Below are positions 9,514-20,905 of a DNA stretch of 64,000 nucleotides, piece by piece (positions within the stretch are counted from its first letter, which is position 1; every line of letters begins with the position of its first letter). Made by a program: the position numbers and the translations under genes. The notes under the pieces are model-generated. The model was not told the DNA's origin, did not search any database, and saw only the letters and a program-made list of their open reading frames with translations. The stretch comes from Candidatus Syntropharchaeum sp. (lineage in GTDB: Archaea; Halobacteriota; Syntropharchaeia; Syntropharchaeales; Syntropharchaeaceae): the NCBI GenBank assembly GCA_026134025.1, contig JAOQII010000002.1:6008-70007 (forward strand), given 5' to 3'.

Positions 9514-12315
9514 TTATAGCACCCGCTTCAACCACTCCCCTGTATACGTCCCTGACGCTGCAACCTCCTCTGGTGATCCCACTGCCACAACCTCGCCCCC
9601 TTCATCCCCACCTTCAGGCCCGAGATCGATGATATAATCCGCGGACTTTATCACGTCAAGGTGATGCTCGATCACGACGATCGTATTCCCTTCATCCCGC
9701 AACCTGAAGAGCACACCAAGAAGCTTCTTCACATCCGCAAAATGAAGTCCTGTCGTTGGTTCATCGAGGATGTAGAGCGTTCTTCCTGTGCTACGCTTGC
9801 TTAACTCTGCCGAAAGCTTTATCCGCTGTGCTTCTCCTCCTGAGAGCGTTGTTGCAGGCTGACCCAGACGAACGTACCCCATCCCGACATCAAGAAGTGT
9901 CTTAAGCTTCTTTTCAATCGCTGGAATATCCTTGAAAAACTCATACGCCTCCTCAACAGACATATTCAATACATCAAGAATCGACTTACCCTTGTACTTT
10001 ACCTCAAGCGTCTCACGGTTGTATCTCGATCCCTTGCACACCTCACACTCGACATACTTCTCAGGCAGAAAGTGCATCTCGATCGTGATAAATCCTGCGC
10101 CCTCACATGCTTCGCACCTTCCACCTTTGACATTGAAGCTGAACCTTCCTGGTTTATATCCGCGTTTACGCGCCTCAGGAGTCTTTGCAAAAAGTTCTCG
10201 AATCGGTGTGAACGCGCCTGTGTAGGTTGCAGGGTTTGATCTTGGTGTTCGCCCGATAGGTGACTGATCGATCACGATGACCTTATCGATGAGCGTAACG
10301 CCATCAATCCCACTGTGCCTGCCAGGGTAGGTCTTTGCACGGTTCACCCTCCTCGCAAGTGCCTTGTAGAGGATCTCATTCACGAGCGTGGACTTACCAG
10401 AGCCTGATACGCCAGTCACACACGTGAAAAGTCCGATCGGTATCGAAACATCGATATTTTTGAGGTTATTCTCACGCGCACCTCGTACCACAATAAAACC
10501 TTTTTCTGGCTTTTTTCGAACTTTGGGGATCGAAATTATCTCTTTTTTTAATAAAAACCTTCCTGTGACTGAGTTCTCAACCTTACAGATCTCATCGACT
10601 GTGCCCGCTGCAACGACCCATCCACCATGCTCCCCTGCTCCAGGTCCAAGATCCACGATGTGATCCGCGCTTCTTATGATTCCTTCATCATGTTCAACGA
10701 TTATGAGCGTATTTCCAAGATCACAGAGCCTTCTGAGGGTCTCAATCAGCCGCTCATTATCTCGCTGGTGAAGACCGATCGAAGGCTCATCCAGCACGTA
10801 GAGTACACCAACAAGCCCAGATCCGATCTGTGATGCAAGTCTGATCCGCTGTGCCTCCCCTCCTGAGAGTGTTGCAGATCCTCGATCGAGTGTCAGATAC
10901 CCGAGTCCAACACTCACAAGAAACTCAAGCCGTCCCTCGATCTCTCGAAGGATCTCTTTTGCGATGATCTTATCCTTCTCCGAGAGCTTGAGATCCCTGA
11001 TGAACTTAAGGGCATCGCATATCGCAAGCCCCGTAAACTCGGCAATTCCCATCTCTCCAACTGTAACCGCCCGCGCCACGGCTCTCAGCCTTGTACCACC
11101 ACATGCATCACAGGGGATCATCCGCATGTACCGTTCGATCTCACGCCTTGACCAGCTTGAACCCGTATCCTGGTAACGGCGCATCATGCCGGGGATTACG
11201 CCCTCAAATGCCCTTATTAACCGGTGGCTCATTCTCTTTCCACGGAGATTCATCTCAATCTCTTCATCACCTGAGCCATAGAAGATCATCTCCTGAATCG
11301 CTGGGGCAAGATCTTCAAAAGGGGTAGACATGCTGAATCCATAGTGATCCGCAAGCCCTCGAAGCATCTGGTACGCATATCCTTTCGTTCCCCATGGCTG
11401 GATTGCTCCATCAGCAAGTGATAGCGACCTGTCAGGGACAACGAGATCCTCATCGATTACCATTCTGATACCAAGCCCCTGGCAGGATGAGCATGCACCG
11501 TACGGTGAGTTGAACGAGAATACGCGGGGACTCAACTCCTCAAAATCAATCCCGCACTCAGGACAGGAGAAAGCCTCACTGAAGATTAACTCATTCTCAT
11601 CAATCACCGCCCTCAGAATTCCATCTCCTTCTTTAAGTGCGAGCTCCACGGCCTCGGTTACTCGTTCCACGATATTATCTTCATCCTGCACCCTGATCCG
11701 ATCGATTACAAGGTCTATACGGTGTTTAATATTCTTATCAAGTGGAATTTCTTCATCTAAATGGTAGAGACTCCCATCAACTCTCACCCGCGCAAACCCC
11801 CGTCGCTTCAAATCCTCAAAGAGCTGCCTATATTCTCCTTTTCGATCCTTCACAAGTGGACTCAGAATCTGGATTTGCTCTCTAACAGATGAGCGTATGC
11901 GATCAACAATCTCATCAACACTCTGCCGTTTGACCTCTTTCCCACACTCCGGACAGTGAACCACGCCAATTTTCGCATATAATATCCTCAAATAATCATA
12001 GATCTCTGTGATCGTCCCAACGGTTGATCGCGGATTTCTACCTGCACTCTTCTGATCTATCGAGATCGCAGGCGATAGCCCCTCGATGTAATCGACCTCA
12101 GGCTTCTTCATCTGCTCTAAAAATTGTCTGGCATAGGCTGAGAGCGATTCCACATAACGTCGCTGACCCTCAGCATATATTGTGTCAAATGCTAAAGAAG
12201 ACTTGCCAGAGCCAGATACGCCTGTTATCACGATAAATTTATCTCTTGGGAGCGTTAAATCGAAGTCCTTCAAGTTATGCGCTTTCACACCTTTTATTAT
12301 GATATTTTTCTGCAT
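9514..12315 (-). CDS. uvrA: Excinuclease ABC subunit A
   Basis: Two GVSGSGKS Walker A and LSGGEAQRI signatures, zinc fingers, 933 aa. Confidence 0.97.
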   Translation of the reverse strand: MQKNIIIKGVKAHNLKDFDLTLPRDKFIVITGVSGSGKSSLAFDTIYAEGQRRYVESLSAYARQFLEQMKKPEVDYIEGLSPAISIDQKSAGRNPRSTVGTITEIYDYLRILYAKIGVVHCPECGKEVKRQSVDEIVDRIRSSVREQIQILSPLVKDRKGEYRQLFEDLKRRGFARVRVDGSLYHLDEEIPLDKNIKHRIDLVIDRIRVQDEDNIVERVTEAVELALKEGDGILRAVIDENELIFSEAFSCPECGIDFEELSPRVFSFNSPYGACSSCQGLGIRMVIDEDLVVPDRSLSLADGAIQPWGTKGYAYQMLRGLADHYGFSMSTPFEDLAPAIQEMIFYGSGDEEIEMNLRGKRMSHRLIRAFEGVIPGMMRRYQDTGSSWSRREIERYMRMIPCDACGGTRLRAVARAVTVGEMGIAEFTGLAICDALKFIRDLKLSEKDKIIAKEILREIEGRLEFLVSVGLGYLTLDRGSATLSGGEAQRIRLASQIGSGLVGVLYVLDEPSIGLHQRDNERLIETLRRLCDLGNTLIIVEHDEGIIRSADHIVDLGPGAGEHGGWVVAAGTVDEICKVENSVTGRFLLKKEIISIPKVRKKPEKGFIVVRGARENNLKNIDVSIPIGLFTCVTGVSGSGKSTLVNEILYKALARRVNRAKTYPGRHSGIDGVTLIDKVIVIDQSPIGRTPRSNPATYTGAFTPIRELFAKTPEARKRGYKPGRFSFNVKGGRCEACEGAGFITIEMHFLPEKYVECEVCKGSRYNRETLEVKYKGKSILDVLNMSVEEAYEFFKDIPAIEKKLKTLLDVGMGYVRLGQPATTLSGGEAQRIKLSAELSKRSTGRTLYILDEPTTGLHFADVKKLLGVLFRLRDEGNTIVVIEHHLDVIKSADYIIDLGPEGGDEGGEVVAVGSPEEVAASGTYTGEWLKRVL

Positions 12316-12420
12316 TTAACCTCATGATTGATAGATTTAGAAAACTTTATTAGTGTGATCCTGTGAGAATGTGTAAGTATAAAATATATGTTTATTCATC
12401 TTTAGAGAGGAGAAGCATAA

Positions 12421-13569
12421 ATGATGGAAATTGCAGGAGAGCCGTTTGCTCAAAAATTTGATCTTTACACCTGTATGCAATGCGGTAAATGCACGGGTGG
12501 ATGCACTGTTTCTTTGAAATCACCGCTGAATGTTCGCAGGATGATGAGAACGGCACTTGTAAGTGAGAGTTCTGATGCTGTTCTGGGCTTGAAAGAACTC
12601 TGGGACTGCACATCCTGTGGCACCTGCACGAGTCGATGCCCGCGAAGCCTTGATCCAGCAGAGGTAATCTTCGGTATGAGAAGCCTTCTCATCGAAGAGG
12701 GGCGTGGCGTTCCAAAGACGATAATGGAAGCACTTGAATCTACGGTCAAGAACGGCAACCCCTGGGGCAGATCTAAGATGAAGCGGACCGAATGGCTCCA
12801 GGACTTTGAAGGGGAGGTCAAAGATCTCACCGGTGGCGCAACTGCAGAACTCCTTGCTTTTATCGGATGCACACCGTCTTACGATCCGCGCGTCCAGGAT
12901 GTGGCGAGGGCGTTTGCAACAGTTTTCAATGCCGCAGGTGTTGACTATGGCATTCTTGGAAATGAGGAGTCATGCTGCGGGAGTGAGATGCATGCGATGG
13001 GTGAGGAAGGACTCTTCGAGATGCTTGTAGAGGAGAACATCGAGTTATTTGGTGGCTTTGAGGTCAAAGATATGGTCACAATCTCGCCCCACTGCTATAA
13101 CGCATTCTCAAACAAGTACAGTGAGTATGCGGATGTTAACTTCGGGGTAAAGCATTATACGCAATTTCTGGCAGAGTTGATTGATAAAGATGGGCTGGAG
13201 TTATCAAAGGAGCTTGGAAAGGTTGTCACATATCACGATCCATGTTATCTTGGAAAACATAACTCAATCTATGACGAGCCACGAAAAGTGATCGAGGCGA
13301 TCCCTGGTGTGACATTTGTCGAGATGGAACGTTCAAGGGAACGAAGTCTCTGCTGTGAAGGCGGTGGCGGCATGATGTGGAACGAGGGGGCAGAAGGAGA
13401 GCGTACCGCTGTTGTGCGGGTGCGAGATGCGGCTGAGCAGGGTGCAGAGATCATCGCTGTCGCATGTCCGTTCTGCATGTTAACCCTGGAGGATGCGGTC
13501 AAGACCGCGGGATATGATGATCAGATCATTGTAAAAGATATTCTTGAACTCCTTGCGGAGTCGTTATAG
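12421..13569 (+). CDS. ETF-associated Fe-S oxidoreductase (HdrD/GlpC-like; 2x[4Fe-4S] plus two CCG domains)
   Basis: CMQCGKCTGGC, CTSCGTCTSRCP, ESCCG, YHDPCYLG, LCCEGGGG, ACPFC. Confidence 0.88.
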   Translation: MMEIAGEPFAQKFDLYTCMQCGKCTGGCTVSLKSPLNVRRMMRTALVSESSDAVLGLKELWDCTSCGTCTSRCPRSLDPAEVIFGMRSLLIEEGRGVPKTIMEALESTVKNGNPWGRSKMKRTEWLQDFEGEVKDLTGGATAELLAFIGCTPSYDPRVQDVARAFATVFNAAGVDYGILGNEESCCGSEMHAMGEEGLFEMLVEENIELFGGFEVKDMVTISPHCYNAFSNKYSEYADVNFGVKHYTQFLAELIDKDGLELSKELGKVVTYHDPCYLGKHNSIYDEPRKVIEAIPGVTFVEMERSRERSLCCEGGGGMMWNEGAEGERTAVVRVRDAAEQGAEIIAVACPFCMLTLEDAVKTAGYDDQIIVKDILELLAESL

Positions 13570-13604
13570 TTTTAGGATCAGATAAGATACTGGAGAGGAA
13601 CAAT

Positions 13605-14387
13605 ATGGAGATAGTAGTCTGTGTAAAACGGGTTCCTGACACATCTGAGGCGGATGTGGTAATCACAGGAAAAGACATCAAGAAAGATGATCTCGCCTTT
13701 GAGATCAACGAGTGGGACAACTATGCAGTCGAAGAAGCGGTGCAGATCAAGGAGAAGCTTGGTGGCAATATCACCGTGATCAGTGTCGGAGACGAGGAAG
13801 CAAAAGAGGTAATACGTCGTGGACTTGCGATGGGAGGAGATACGGGAATCAGGATCGACCATCCTGCACTGGCGGGATCTGACTCAATGGCGATCGCAAA
13901 GACGCTTGCAGCCGCGATAAAGGATATTGATTATGATCTGGTCCTAACAGGCGCTCAGGCAGGCGATCTTGGTGCTGGAATTGTACCTGTCGCACTCGCA
14001 GAGATGCTCGGTGTGCCACATGCAACGCTCGCTGTGGGACTTGATATCGAGGATGGCAAGGCAAAGGTGAAGCGTGAGCTTGAAGGCGGACTTATGGAAG
14101 TTCTGGAGATGGATCTACCAGCCGTTGTTGGCGTTCAGACCGGGATCAATGAACCACGATATGTCTCAATTATGGGCATCCGAAAAGCCTCGAAGAAGGA
14201 GATAAAACTGCTTGACATCAGCGATCTTGGACTTTTACCCAAGGATGTCGGAGAGGAAGGTTCATTGACGGTTATCGAAGAGCTGAGCGTACCACCGGTG
14301 ACAAAGGTGGCTGAGATCCTTGAAGGTGATCCGGCAGAGGCTGCTTCCAAGCTTGCAGAAATCATGAAAGAGAAGGGGGTGCTTTAG
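13605..14387 (+). CDS. etfB: Electron transfer flavoprotein beta subunit
   Basis: VCVKRVPD, LAMGGD and INEPRY motifs. Confidence 0.95.
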   Translation: MEIVVCVKRVPDTSEADVVITGKDIKKDDLAFEINEWDNYAVEEAVQIKEKLGGNITVISVGDEEAKEVIRRGLAMGGDTGIRIDHPALAGSDSMAIAKTLAAAIKDIDYDLVLTGAQAGDLGAGIVPVALAEMLGVPHATLAVGLDIEDGKAKVKRELEGGLMEVLEMDLPAVVGVQTGINEPRYVSIMGIRKASKKEIKLLDISDLGLLPKDVGEEGSLTVIEELSVPPVTKVAEILEGDPAEAASKLAEIMKEKGVL

Positions 14388-15356
14388 ATGGCTGAAATTT
14401 TTGTACTGGCTGAGCACAGAGAGGGTGAACTGAGAGAGATCACATTTGAGATGCTTGGTGCAGCAAAATATCTTGGAAAAGATATGGGTGCAACCGTAAC
14501 AGCTGTACTTCTCGGGCATGATGTCGACACTTATGCAGAGAAACTTGGGAGTTATGCAGACACCGTGCTTGTTGTTGATGATCCTAAACTTGATTACTTC
14601 AATGCAGAGATCTATCAGAAGGTTCTCTCAAAGTTGATCAGTGATAAGAACCCCGTGGTCACGCTCATCGGACATACTGCCTTCGGGATGGATCTTGCAC
14701 CAGCCCTGGCAGTTGAACTTGGACTTCCGCTTGCAACAGACTGTATAGGCCTTGAGGTTGATGGCGGCAAGCTCTTTGTAACCCGCCAGATCTACAGTGG
14801 TAAAGTGAACGCTAAAGTATCGCTCAAAGGCGATCAATACATGGTGACGATAAGATCTGCTGCATTTCCAGTTGAGGAAGGAACATTAAGCGGTGAAATC
14901 GTCAAAGAAGCAGTTGCGATCGAGGATGTACCATACAGGAAGTTCATCGGGTATGAGGAAGCTCCAGCCGGCGAGGTTGATATCACACAGGCTGACTATA
15001 TTATTGGTATCGGAAGGGCAATCGGAGATCCCGAGAACATCCCAATGGTAGAGGAGCTTGCAGAAGCACTTGGAGGTGTTCTTGCATGTTCAAGACCGGT
15101 GGTTGATAAGAACTGGCTTCCAAAGGATAGACAGGTCGGATCATCGGGCAAGATCGTGAAGCCGAAGCTCTATCTTGCACTTGGTATCAGCGGTGCGTTC
15201 CAGCATGTTGCAGGAATGAAGGATTCTGGGCTTATCGTTGCGATCAATAAGGATCCAAAGGCACCGATATTCAATGTTGCGGATTATGGAATCGTAAATG
15301 ATCTTTTCAAGATAGTACCAGTACTAAAAGAGAAGATAACTGAGCTTAAAGGCTAA
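14388..15356 (+). CDS. etfA: Electron transfer flavoprotein alpha subunit
   Basis: QVGSSGK, GISGAFQH and AINKDPKAPIF FAD-binding motifs. Confidence 0.95.
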   Translation: MAEIFVLAEHREGELREITFEMLGAAKYLGKDMGATVTAVLLGHDVDTYAEKLGSYADTVLVVDDPKLDYFNAEIYQKVLSKLISDKNPVVTLIGHTAFGMDLAPALAVELGLPLATDCIGLEVDGGKLFVTRQIYSGKVNAKVSLKGDQYMVTIRSAAFPVEEGTLSGEIVKEAVAIEDVPYRKFIGYEEAPAGEVDITQADYIIGIGRAIGDPENIPMVEELAEALGGVLACSRPVVDKNWLPKDRQVGSSGKIVKPKLYLALGISGAFQHVAGMKDSGLIVAINKDPKAPIFNVADYGIVNDLFKIVPVLKEKITELKG

Positions 15357-15380
15357 TTCAGATTGAAGGAGGTAAAGAAA

Positions 15381-16529
15381 ATGGACTTTGAGTTAAATGA
15401 GGAGCAGAAAGACATCGCAAATGCAGCGCGAGAGTTTGCACAGGGTGAGTTCGATAAGGACTATGCAATGGAGTGCGATCAGGAGCACAAGTTCCCACGT
15501 GAGCTTGTCAAAAAGGCAGGACAGCTTGGTTTCATCGGTGTCCACTATGAGGAGGAATATGGTGGAGCCGGGCTTGGTGCACTTGAGAACACGCTGATCG
15601 TTGAGGAGATGTGCAGAGTTGATTCAACACTCGGGATCTGTATGGCACTCCCTGACTTTGGATGTGAGATCATCAAGTGGTGTGGTACAGAAGAACAGAA
15701 GAAGAAGTACCTGCCAAAGGTCTGTTCCGGTGAGTGGATCTCTGCTGGGATCTTCACCGAGCCTGATCATGGATCCGATATCACCGAGATGTCGACCACC
15801 GCTGTGAAGGATGGCGATGAGTGGGTGATAAACGGTACAAAGACGTTCATCACAAATGGTGAGATTGCAGACTTTGGAGTTATTCTTGTACAGACAGATC
15901 CTGATGCAAACCCAAAATATCGTGGGATGTCAACGATTATCGTTGAGAAAGACTGCTGGGAGGCAGCAGACGTTGGACCGAAGATGGGGATCAGGTCAAC
16001 CTCGACAGCGGAGTTGTCATTCTCTGATGCTCGTGTCCCACTTGAGAACCTTATCGGCGTTGAGAACAAAGGCTTCTATCAGGTTCTTGAGTTCTTTGAT
16101 GAGTCAAGGATTGAGATTGCAGCCCAGGCGCTCGGAACCGCTGAAGCAGCCTATGATCGTGTGATGGACTACATCAAACAGCGAGAACTCCATGGAAGAA
16201 AACTCGCATCATTTCAGATAACCCAGCACAAGATCGCTGATATGGCAACAAAGATCGAGGCTGCAAAGCTGCTTGTCTACAAGTCTGCATGGAACTACGA
16301 CAAAGAGCGAAAGATAGATCCTGTACTTACGTCGATGGCAAAGTGGTTTGCAGCCCGTACTGCAGTGGAGGTTGCTGATGAAGCGATCCAGCTATTTGGT
16401 GGTTACGGCTACATAACCGATTACGAGGTTGAGCGGATTTACAGGGATGCAAAGATCTGTGAGATCTACGAAGGTACGAGAGAAGTTCAGAAGAATACGA
16501 TCGCAAGTGGCGTGATCGGAAAGTTTTAA
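15381..16529 (+). CDS. Acyl-CoA dehydrogenase
   Basis: TEPDHGSD, NGTKTFITNG, FGGYGY, IYEGTREVQK; ATG after an AAGGAGGT SD. Confidence 0.95.
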   Translation: MDFELNEEQKDIANAAREFAQGEFDKDYAMECDQEHKFPRELVKKAGQLGFIGVHYEEEYGGAGLGALENTLIVEEMCRVDSTLGICMALPDFGCEIIKWCGTEEQKKKYLPKVCSGEWISAGIFTEPDHGSDITEMSTTAVKDGDEWVINGTKTFITNGEIADFGVILVQTDPDANPKYRGMSTIIVEKDCWEAADVGPKMGIRSTSTAELSFSDARVPLENLIGVENKGFYQVLEFFDESRIEIAAQALGTAEAAYDRVMDYIKQRELHGRKLASFQITQHKIADMATKIEAAKLLVYKSAWNYDKERKIDPVLTSMAKWFAARTAVEVADEAIQLFGGYGYITDYEVERIYRDAKICEIYEGTREVQKNTIASGVIGKF

Positions 16530-16537
16530 TTGAGCAT

Positions 16538-16582
16538 TCCTCCGGCCAGCGTCGGAGGATACACTTTATTTTTTTATTTTTT
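16538..16582 (+). terminator. Hairpin plus T-rich tract after the etf/acd operon
   Basis: TCCTCCG-8nt-CGGAGGA stem followed by T runs. Confidence 0.55.
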
Positions 16583-16633
16583 GGAAATTAGATAAATAAT
16601 CCTGATAATTACCCTCTAAACGCTACAGGAAAC

Positions 16634-16647
16634 CGAAAGCTTTATAG
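16634..16647 (+). promoter_or_regulatory. Putative BRE/TATA promoter of the fqo operon
   Basis: CGAAAG-CTTTATA about 25-35 nt upstream of the first gene. Confidence 0.5.
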
Positions 16648-16669
16648 TTAGTCTGATTGAACCTGTACT

Positions 16670-17161
16670 GTGATCCTTATGACGGAAGAGACGCTTTTAC
16701 TCGGAATTCTCGCAGTTGTCACGATCATATTTGCCACAGGGGTGCTTCTTGTCAGGGATAACTTCTTTGCTGCGATGTACATGTCTGCAACACTGATCAT
16801 GGTCGCAACGATCTCTGCTTTTTTTGGCATCGAGCCCGCGTTTGTGCTCATCGTCTTTATCTTCGTTGGTGCGATCGGAGTCGTGACCGTCGCGCTTGCT
16901 TCAACCTACAGAGAACATTCAGAAAATGGCAATTCATGGAAGATGTGGTTGATCCCGGCGATTGTAACGGCTGGTGTTATTGCCATATCTCTCTATACCA
17001 CACTTGGCAGGGTGCCCGTTGGGCGAACGATCGCCTTTGAGCTTGCATCTTTTCTCTCAAATCCTGAATATATCCTGCTTGTAATATCACTCACAGCGCT
17101 TGGAATTCTTCTAATGTTTTCTGTTTTAAAGATGATAGGAGGCGCAGACGAATGTCAGTAG
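16670..17161 (+). CDS. fqoJ: F420H2:quinone oxidoreductase subunit J (NuoJ-like)
   Basis: 5-TM protein with FVGAIGV (YVGAI-like) motif; first gene of a complex I-like operon. Confidence 0.75.
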   Translation: MILMTEETLLLGILAVVTIIFATGVLLVRDNFFAAMYMSATLIMVATISAFFGIEPAFVLIVFIFVGAIGVVTVALASTYREHSENGNSWKMWLIPAIVTAGVIAISLYTTLGRVPVGRTIAFELASFLSNPEYILLVISLTALGILLMFSVLKMIGGADECQ

Positions 17162-17469
17162 ATCCGATCAATTTATCCATCATCTACATAACCTCATTTA
17201 TATTGCTCATCATCGGTTATTCAACCGCGATATCGAGTAAAGATATTGTAAGACTTCTGATATCACTTGAACTCATGTTTGGTGCGGTCTTTCTCACATT
17301 GATACCGCTCTTCTCGAACTTGAGCGAGACCGCATTTGGGATAACGCTTGTTGCTATATTTACAAGCAGTGCTGAGCTTTTAGTCCTCATTGCTGCGATC
17401 ATACTCTTTGACAGAAAACATAAAGATCTCTCAACAGGGCTGATCGATGTGGGAGGTGATCGGGTATGA
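17152..17469 (+). CDS. fqoK: F420H2:quinone oxidoreductase subunit K (NuoK-like)
   Basis: 3-TM, LISLELM and SAE motifs. Confidence 0.8.
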   Translation: MSVDPINLSIIYITSFILLIIGYSTAISSKDIVRLLISLELMFGAVFLTLIPLFSNLSETAFGITLVAIFTSSAELLVLIAAIILFDRKHKDLSTGLIDVGGDRV

Positions 17470-18959
17470 TACCTGTAGAATACATGCCACTTCTTGCAAT
17501 TCTGGTTCCTGCAGTTGCATCAGTTCTGATCCTGCTATCTGGTAAGCATCCAAACATCCGTGAAGGCTGGACACTTCTTGCAAGCATCATCACCTTCCCG
17601 ATCGTCCTCTCGCTCGTTCCAGTTATCCTCGATGGAGGGACCATCTCTTACACGCTCTTCAATCTCTACCCGGGACTGAGCTTTTCATACACCGTCGATG
17701 CCTTTGGGCTGATCTTTGCGATAACATCATCCTCTCTCTGGATACTTGTATCGTTATATTCCATAGGCTACATGCGAACACTGGAAGAGCACGCACAGAC
17801 AAGATTTTACTTCTGCTTTGCCTGGGCAATATTCGGTGCACTCGGAATTGCATTCTCAGATAACCTCGTAACGATGTACCTTCACTACGAGATACTCACG
17901 ATCTCAACTTATCCGCTGGTCGCACATCTTGAGACCCCAGAAGCGCTGGCTGCAGGTCGTAAGTACCTTTACTATCTGCTTACGTCTGGAGCTTTCTTCT
18001 TCATCGCGATCGTGGTAACATACTACCTCACAGGAACAACAGACTTTAAAGCAGGTGGGATACTCTCGCTTGCATCGAGTTCGGCGCTGCTTTTGCAGGC
18101 ACTATTTGTATGCTACCTCCTTGGGTTTATGAAAGCTGCCTGGATGCCATTCCATTCATGGCTTCCAACCGCGATGATCGCGCCAACGCCTGTTAGTGCG
18201 CTGCTTCATGCTGTTGCAGTTGTGAAAGCAGGTGTATTTGGTGTTATACGGATCGTCTGCTATATCTATGGCGTGGATCTGATGCACGCGCTTGGGCTTG
18301 GCGTATTTCTGGCAATACTTGTCTCTATCACGGTAATTCTTGCGAATCTATTTGCAATCGGGGAGGATAATCTGAAACGGAGACTCGCATACTCAACGAT
18401 AAATCAGCTCTCGTTCATTCTCCTGGGTGTTGCAATGCTTGGCCCAAAGGGGGTTATGGGCGCGATGATGCACATTCCATTCCACGGGTTCATGAAGATC
18501 ACACTCTTCCTCTGTGCCGGGGCATTGATGGCGATAACCGGCAAGACAAAGGTGAGTGAGATGGCAGGCATAGCGAAGGAGACACCGATAACGATGATTG
18601 CATTCACGGTAGGTGCGCTCGGGATGTGCGGACTGCCGCCTGTTGTAGGATTTATAAGCAAGTGGTATATCTGTCTGGGCACGATCGAGGCGGGGCTGCC
18701 GATCTTTTTAGCTGTTGCGCTTATCGCCTCGCTTCTGGATGTTGTCTATTTCTTCCCGATAATAAAAACCGCGTTCTTTGATAAGCCCTCAGGTGAGGTT
18801 ATTCCAGGAAAAGAGAGAACTCAATCTCTTTATCTTTTCATGATCATACCACTTGCTATAACTGCTCTCTTCTCGATTATACTCTTTGTAGCACCCGATA
18901 CTTTCCATATATTTGATCTCGCCCGGATGGCGATAACCGATCTCTTTGGGGGTGTGTGA
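17466..18959 (+). CDS. Antiporter-like subunit (MrpD/NuoL-M family)
   Basis: About 14 TM; PFHSWLPTAMIAPTPVSALLHAVAVVKAG; LKRRLAYST. Confidence 0.88.
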   Translation: MIPVEYMPLLAILVPAVASVLILLSGKHPNIREGWTLLASIITFPIVLSLVPVILDGGTISYTLFNLYPGLSFSYTVDAFGLIFAITSSSLWILVSLYSIGYMRTLEEHAQTRFYFCFAWAIFGALGIAFSDNLVTMYLHYEILTISTYPLVAHLETPEALAAGRKYLYYLLTSGAFFFIAIVVTYYLTGTTDFKAGGILSLASSSALLLQALFVCYLLGFMKAAWMPFHSWLPTAMIAPTPVSALLHAVAVVKAGVFGVIRIVCYIYGVDLMHALGLGVFLAILVSITVILANLFAIGEDNLKRRLAYSTINQLSFILLGVAMLGPKGVMGAMMHIPFHGFMKITLFLCAGALMAITGKTKVSEMAGIAKETPITMIAFTVGALGMCGLPPVVGFISKWYICLGTIEAGLPIFLAVALIASLLDVVYFFPIIKTAFFDKPSGEVIPGKERTQSLYLFMIIPLAITALFSIILFVAPDTFHIFDLARMAITDLFGGV

Positions 18960-18960
18960 T

Positions 18961-19194
18961 ATGGAGATACCGACAGGACCTTACTTCAAACTCTACTACG
19001 TCATTCTTATAATCTCAGTAATCGCAGGTGTGCTGCATGACGTTATGGCGCATCACGAAGTTCACTTTGTATGGGATAAGATACCAGCGTTTCATGCAGT
19101 ATTCGGATTTCTCGGTTGTTTTGTTCTGATCTTCGTATCAAAGACGCTGGGACATTATCTTCTCATGAGGAGGGAGGACTACTATGACGATTGA
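18961..19194 (+). CDS. Small 2-TM protein of the type found between MrpD-like genes
   Basis: PAFHAVFGFLGC...RREDYYD; overlaps the next gene start. Confidence 0.7.
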   Translation: MEIPTGPYFKLYYVILIISVIAGVLHDVMAHHEVHFVWDKIPAFHAVFGFLGCFVLIFVSKTLGHYLLMRREDYYDD

Positions 19195-20905
19195 GTGGAT
19201 ACATCCAGGGCTTATACTCATCTTTGGAGCGCTTTTAATTCCTTTTATTAGAAATAGGAAGCTCAAACAGGCTTATTTCCTCCTTTTGCCGGTTATAGCC
19301 CTCATCGACCTTCTGATGATGCAGCATGGCTCATACTGGAACGTCAATTTCATGGAATATGAGCTTGTGCTTGGAAGGGTTGACAGGTTGAGCATCGTCT
19401 TTGCCTATGTCTTTGTCATCGCTGCAATCTGTATGAATATCTACGCACTTCACCTTGAACGGGACTGGGAGCATGTCTCTGCGATGATGTACGCAGGAGC
19501 TGGACTTGGGGCTGTCTTTGCGGGCGATCTCTTCACCCTTTATATTTTCTGGGAGGTTATGGCATGGGCTTCGCTCTTCTTGATCTGGTTCAGGGGCACA
19601 AAAGCTGCACATAATGCAGGCTTCAGGTATATCATGTGGCATCTTGCAGGTGGCGTAATCCTGCTCGGTGGGATCGTGATGTATACCCAGAGCACAGGCT
19701 CAATCGAGTTCACGTCATTCACCCAATTCTGGGGCACAGGTCTCTGCTACTATCTTATCCTGCTTGGGTTTATCATAAATGCAGCCGTGCCACCACTCCA
19801 TCCATGGCTCGCTGATGCTTATCCAGAGGCGACCGTTACCGGCGCTGTATACATGACCGCATTCACGACAAAGAGCGCTGTTTATGTCCTTGCCAGAGGA
19901 TTTCCTGGTGTCGAGATCCTGATGTGGCTTGGTGCGATCATGGCGGTCTATGGGGTTATTTTTGCGATGCTTCAGAATGATGGCAGGCGGCTTCTCGCAT
20001 ACCACATCGTCTCGCAGGTCGGTTACATGGTCTGTGGTGTTGGGATGGGAATCTTCGGACTTGCTGCAGGGGAGATGGCGATAAACGGTGCAACTGCACA
20101 TGCATTCTGTCATATCCTCTACAAAGCGCTTCTCTTTATGGGCATGGGCGTTGTTTTGGAGGTTACAGGAAAGAGCAAGTTCACCGAGCTTGGGGGATTG
20201 TATAAGTATATGCCGGTCACCTTCTGGCTCTACATGATCGGTGCATTCTCGATCTCTGGATTTCCACTCTTCAACGGGTTTGTGAGTAAAACGATGACCG
20301 TGGAGGCGTCTGCGATGCTACATGAACCGATTATATGGCTGCTTCTTGAGGGAGCATCGATCGGTACATTCTTCTGTATCGCACTCAAACTCCCGAGAAA
20401 CGTCTGGTTTGGTGGTGAAAAACCTGCTTCGATCGAGGTGAAAAAGCCACCAAAGAATATGCTTGCTGGCATGGGCTTAACAGCAGCGCTCTGCGTTATC
20501 CTTGGGGTTTACCCAGAACCACTCTACAATATCTTACCTTATGCGGTTGAGTTTGTGCCATACACCGCAGGGCATGTCATCGCGATGTCACAGCTCTTCA
20601 TCTTTGCATTCATCCCATTCTGGATAATGCGTGAGAAGTTCAGGGGTGAGCCTGAGATCGTGCTTGATACCGACTGGTTTGTCAGAAAGCCCGGGCGGTG
20701 GTTTATCCGCTTCTGTGAGAATACGCTGATAAAATACGCAGAGTTTGATGAGAAGAGGTGCTTCATCTTCCCTGCTCTCTTTGAGCGATTGTCAAAAGCT
20801 ATTAGATCGATCCAGACTGGATACCTCACATATTATCTCCAGATCGTGCTTCTGATCGTGATGGTGACACTCGTTCTCGCTTCAATCGGAGGGATGCTTC
20901 TATGA
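19184..20905 (+). CDS. Na+/H+ antiporter subunit D-like protein (MrpD/NuoL family)
   Basis: PLHPWLADAYPEAT, AFTTKSAVY, LLAYHIVSQVG, GFPLFNGFVSK. Confidence 0.88.
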   Translation: MTIEWIHPGLILIFGALLIPFIRNRKLKQAYFLLLPVIALIDLLMMQHGSYWNVNFMEYELVLGRVDRLSIVFAYVFVIAAICMNIYALHLERDWEHVSAMMYAGAGLGAVFAGDLFTLYIFWEVMAWASLFLIWFRGTKAAHNAGFRYIMWHLAGGVILLGGIVMYTQSTGSIEFTSFTQFWGTGLCYYLILLGFIINAAVPPLHPWLADAYPEATVTGAVYMTAFTTKSAVYVLARGFPGVEILMWLGAIMAVYGVIFAMLQNDGRRLLAYHIVSQVGYMVCGVGMGIFGLAAGEMAINGATAHAFCHILYKALLFMGMGVVLEVTGKSKFTELGGLYKYMPVTFWLYMIGAFSISGFPLFNGFVSKTMTVEASAMLHEPIIWLLLEGASIGTFFCIALKLPRNVWFGGEKPASIEVKKPPKNMLAGMGLTAALCVILGVYPEPLYNILPYAVEFVPYTAGHVIAMSQLFIFAFIPFWIMREKFRGEPEIVLDTDWFVRKPGRWFIRFCENTLIKYAEFDEKRCFIFPALFERLSKAIRSIQTGYLTYYLQIVLLIVMVTLVLASIGGMLL

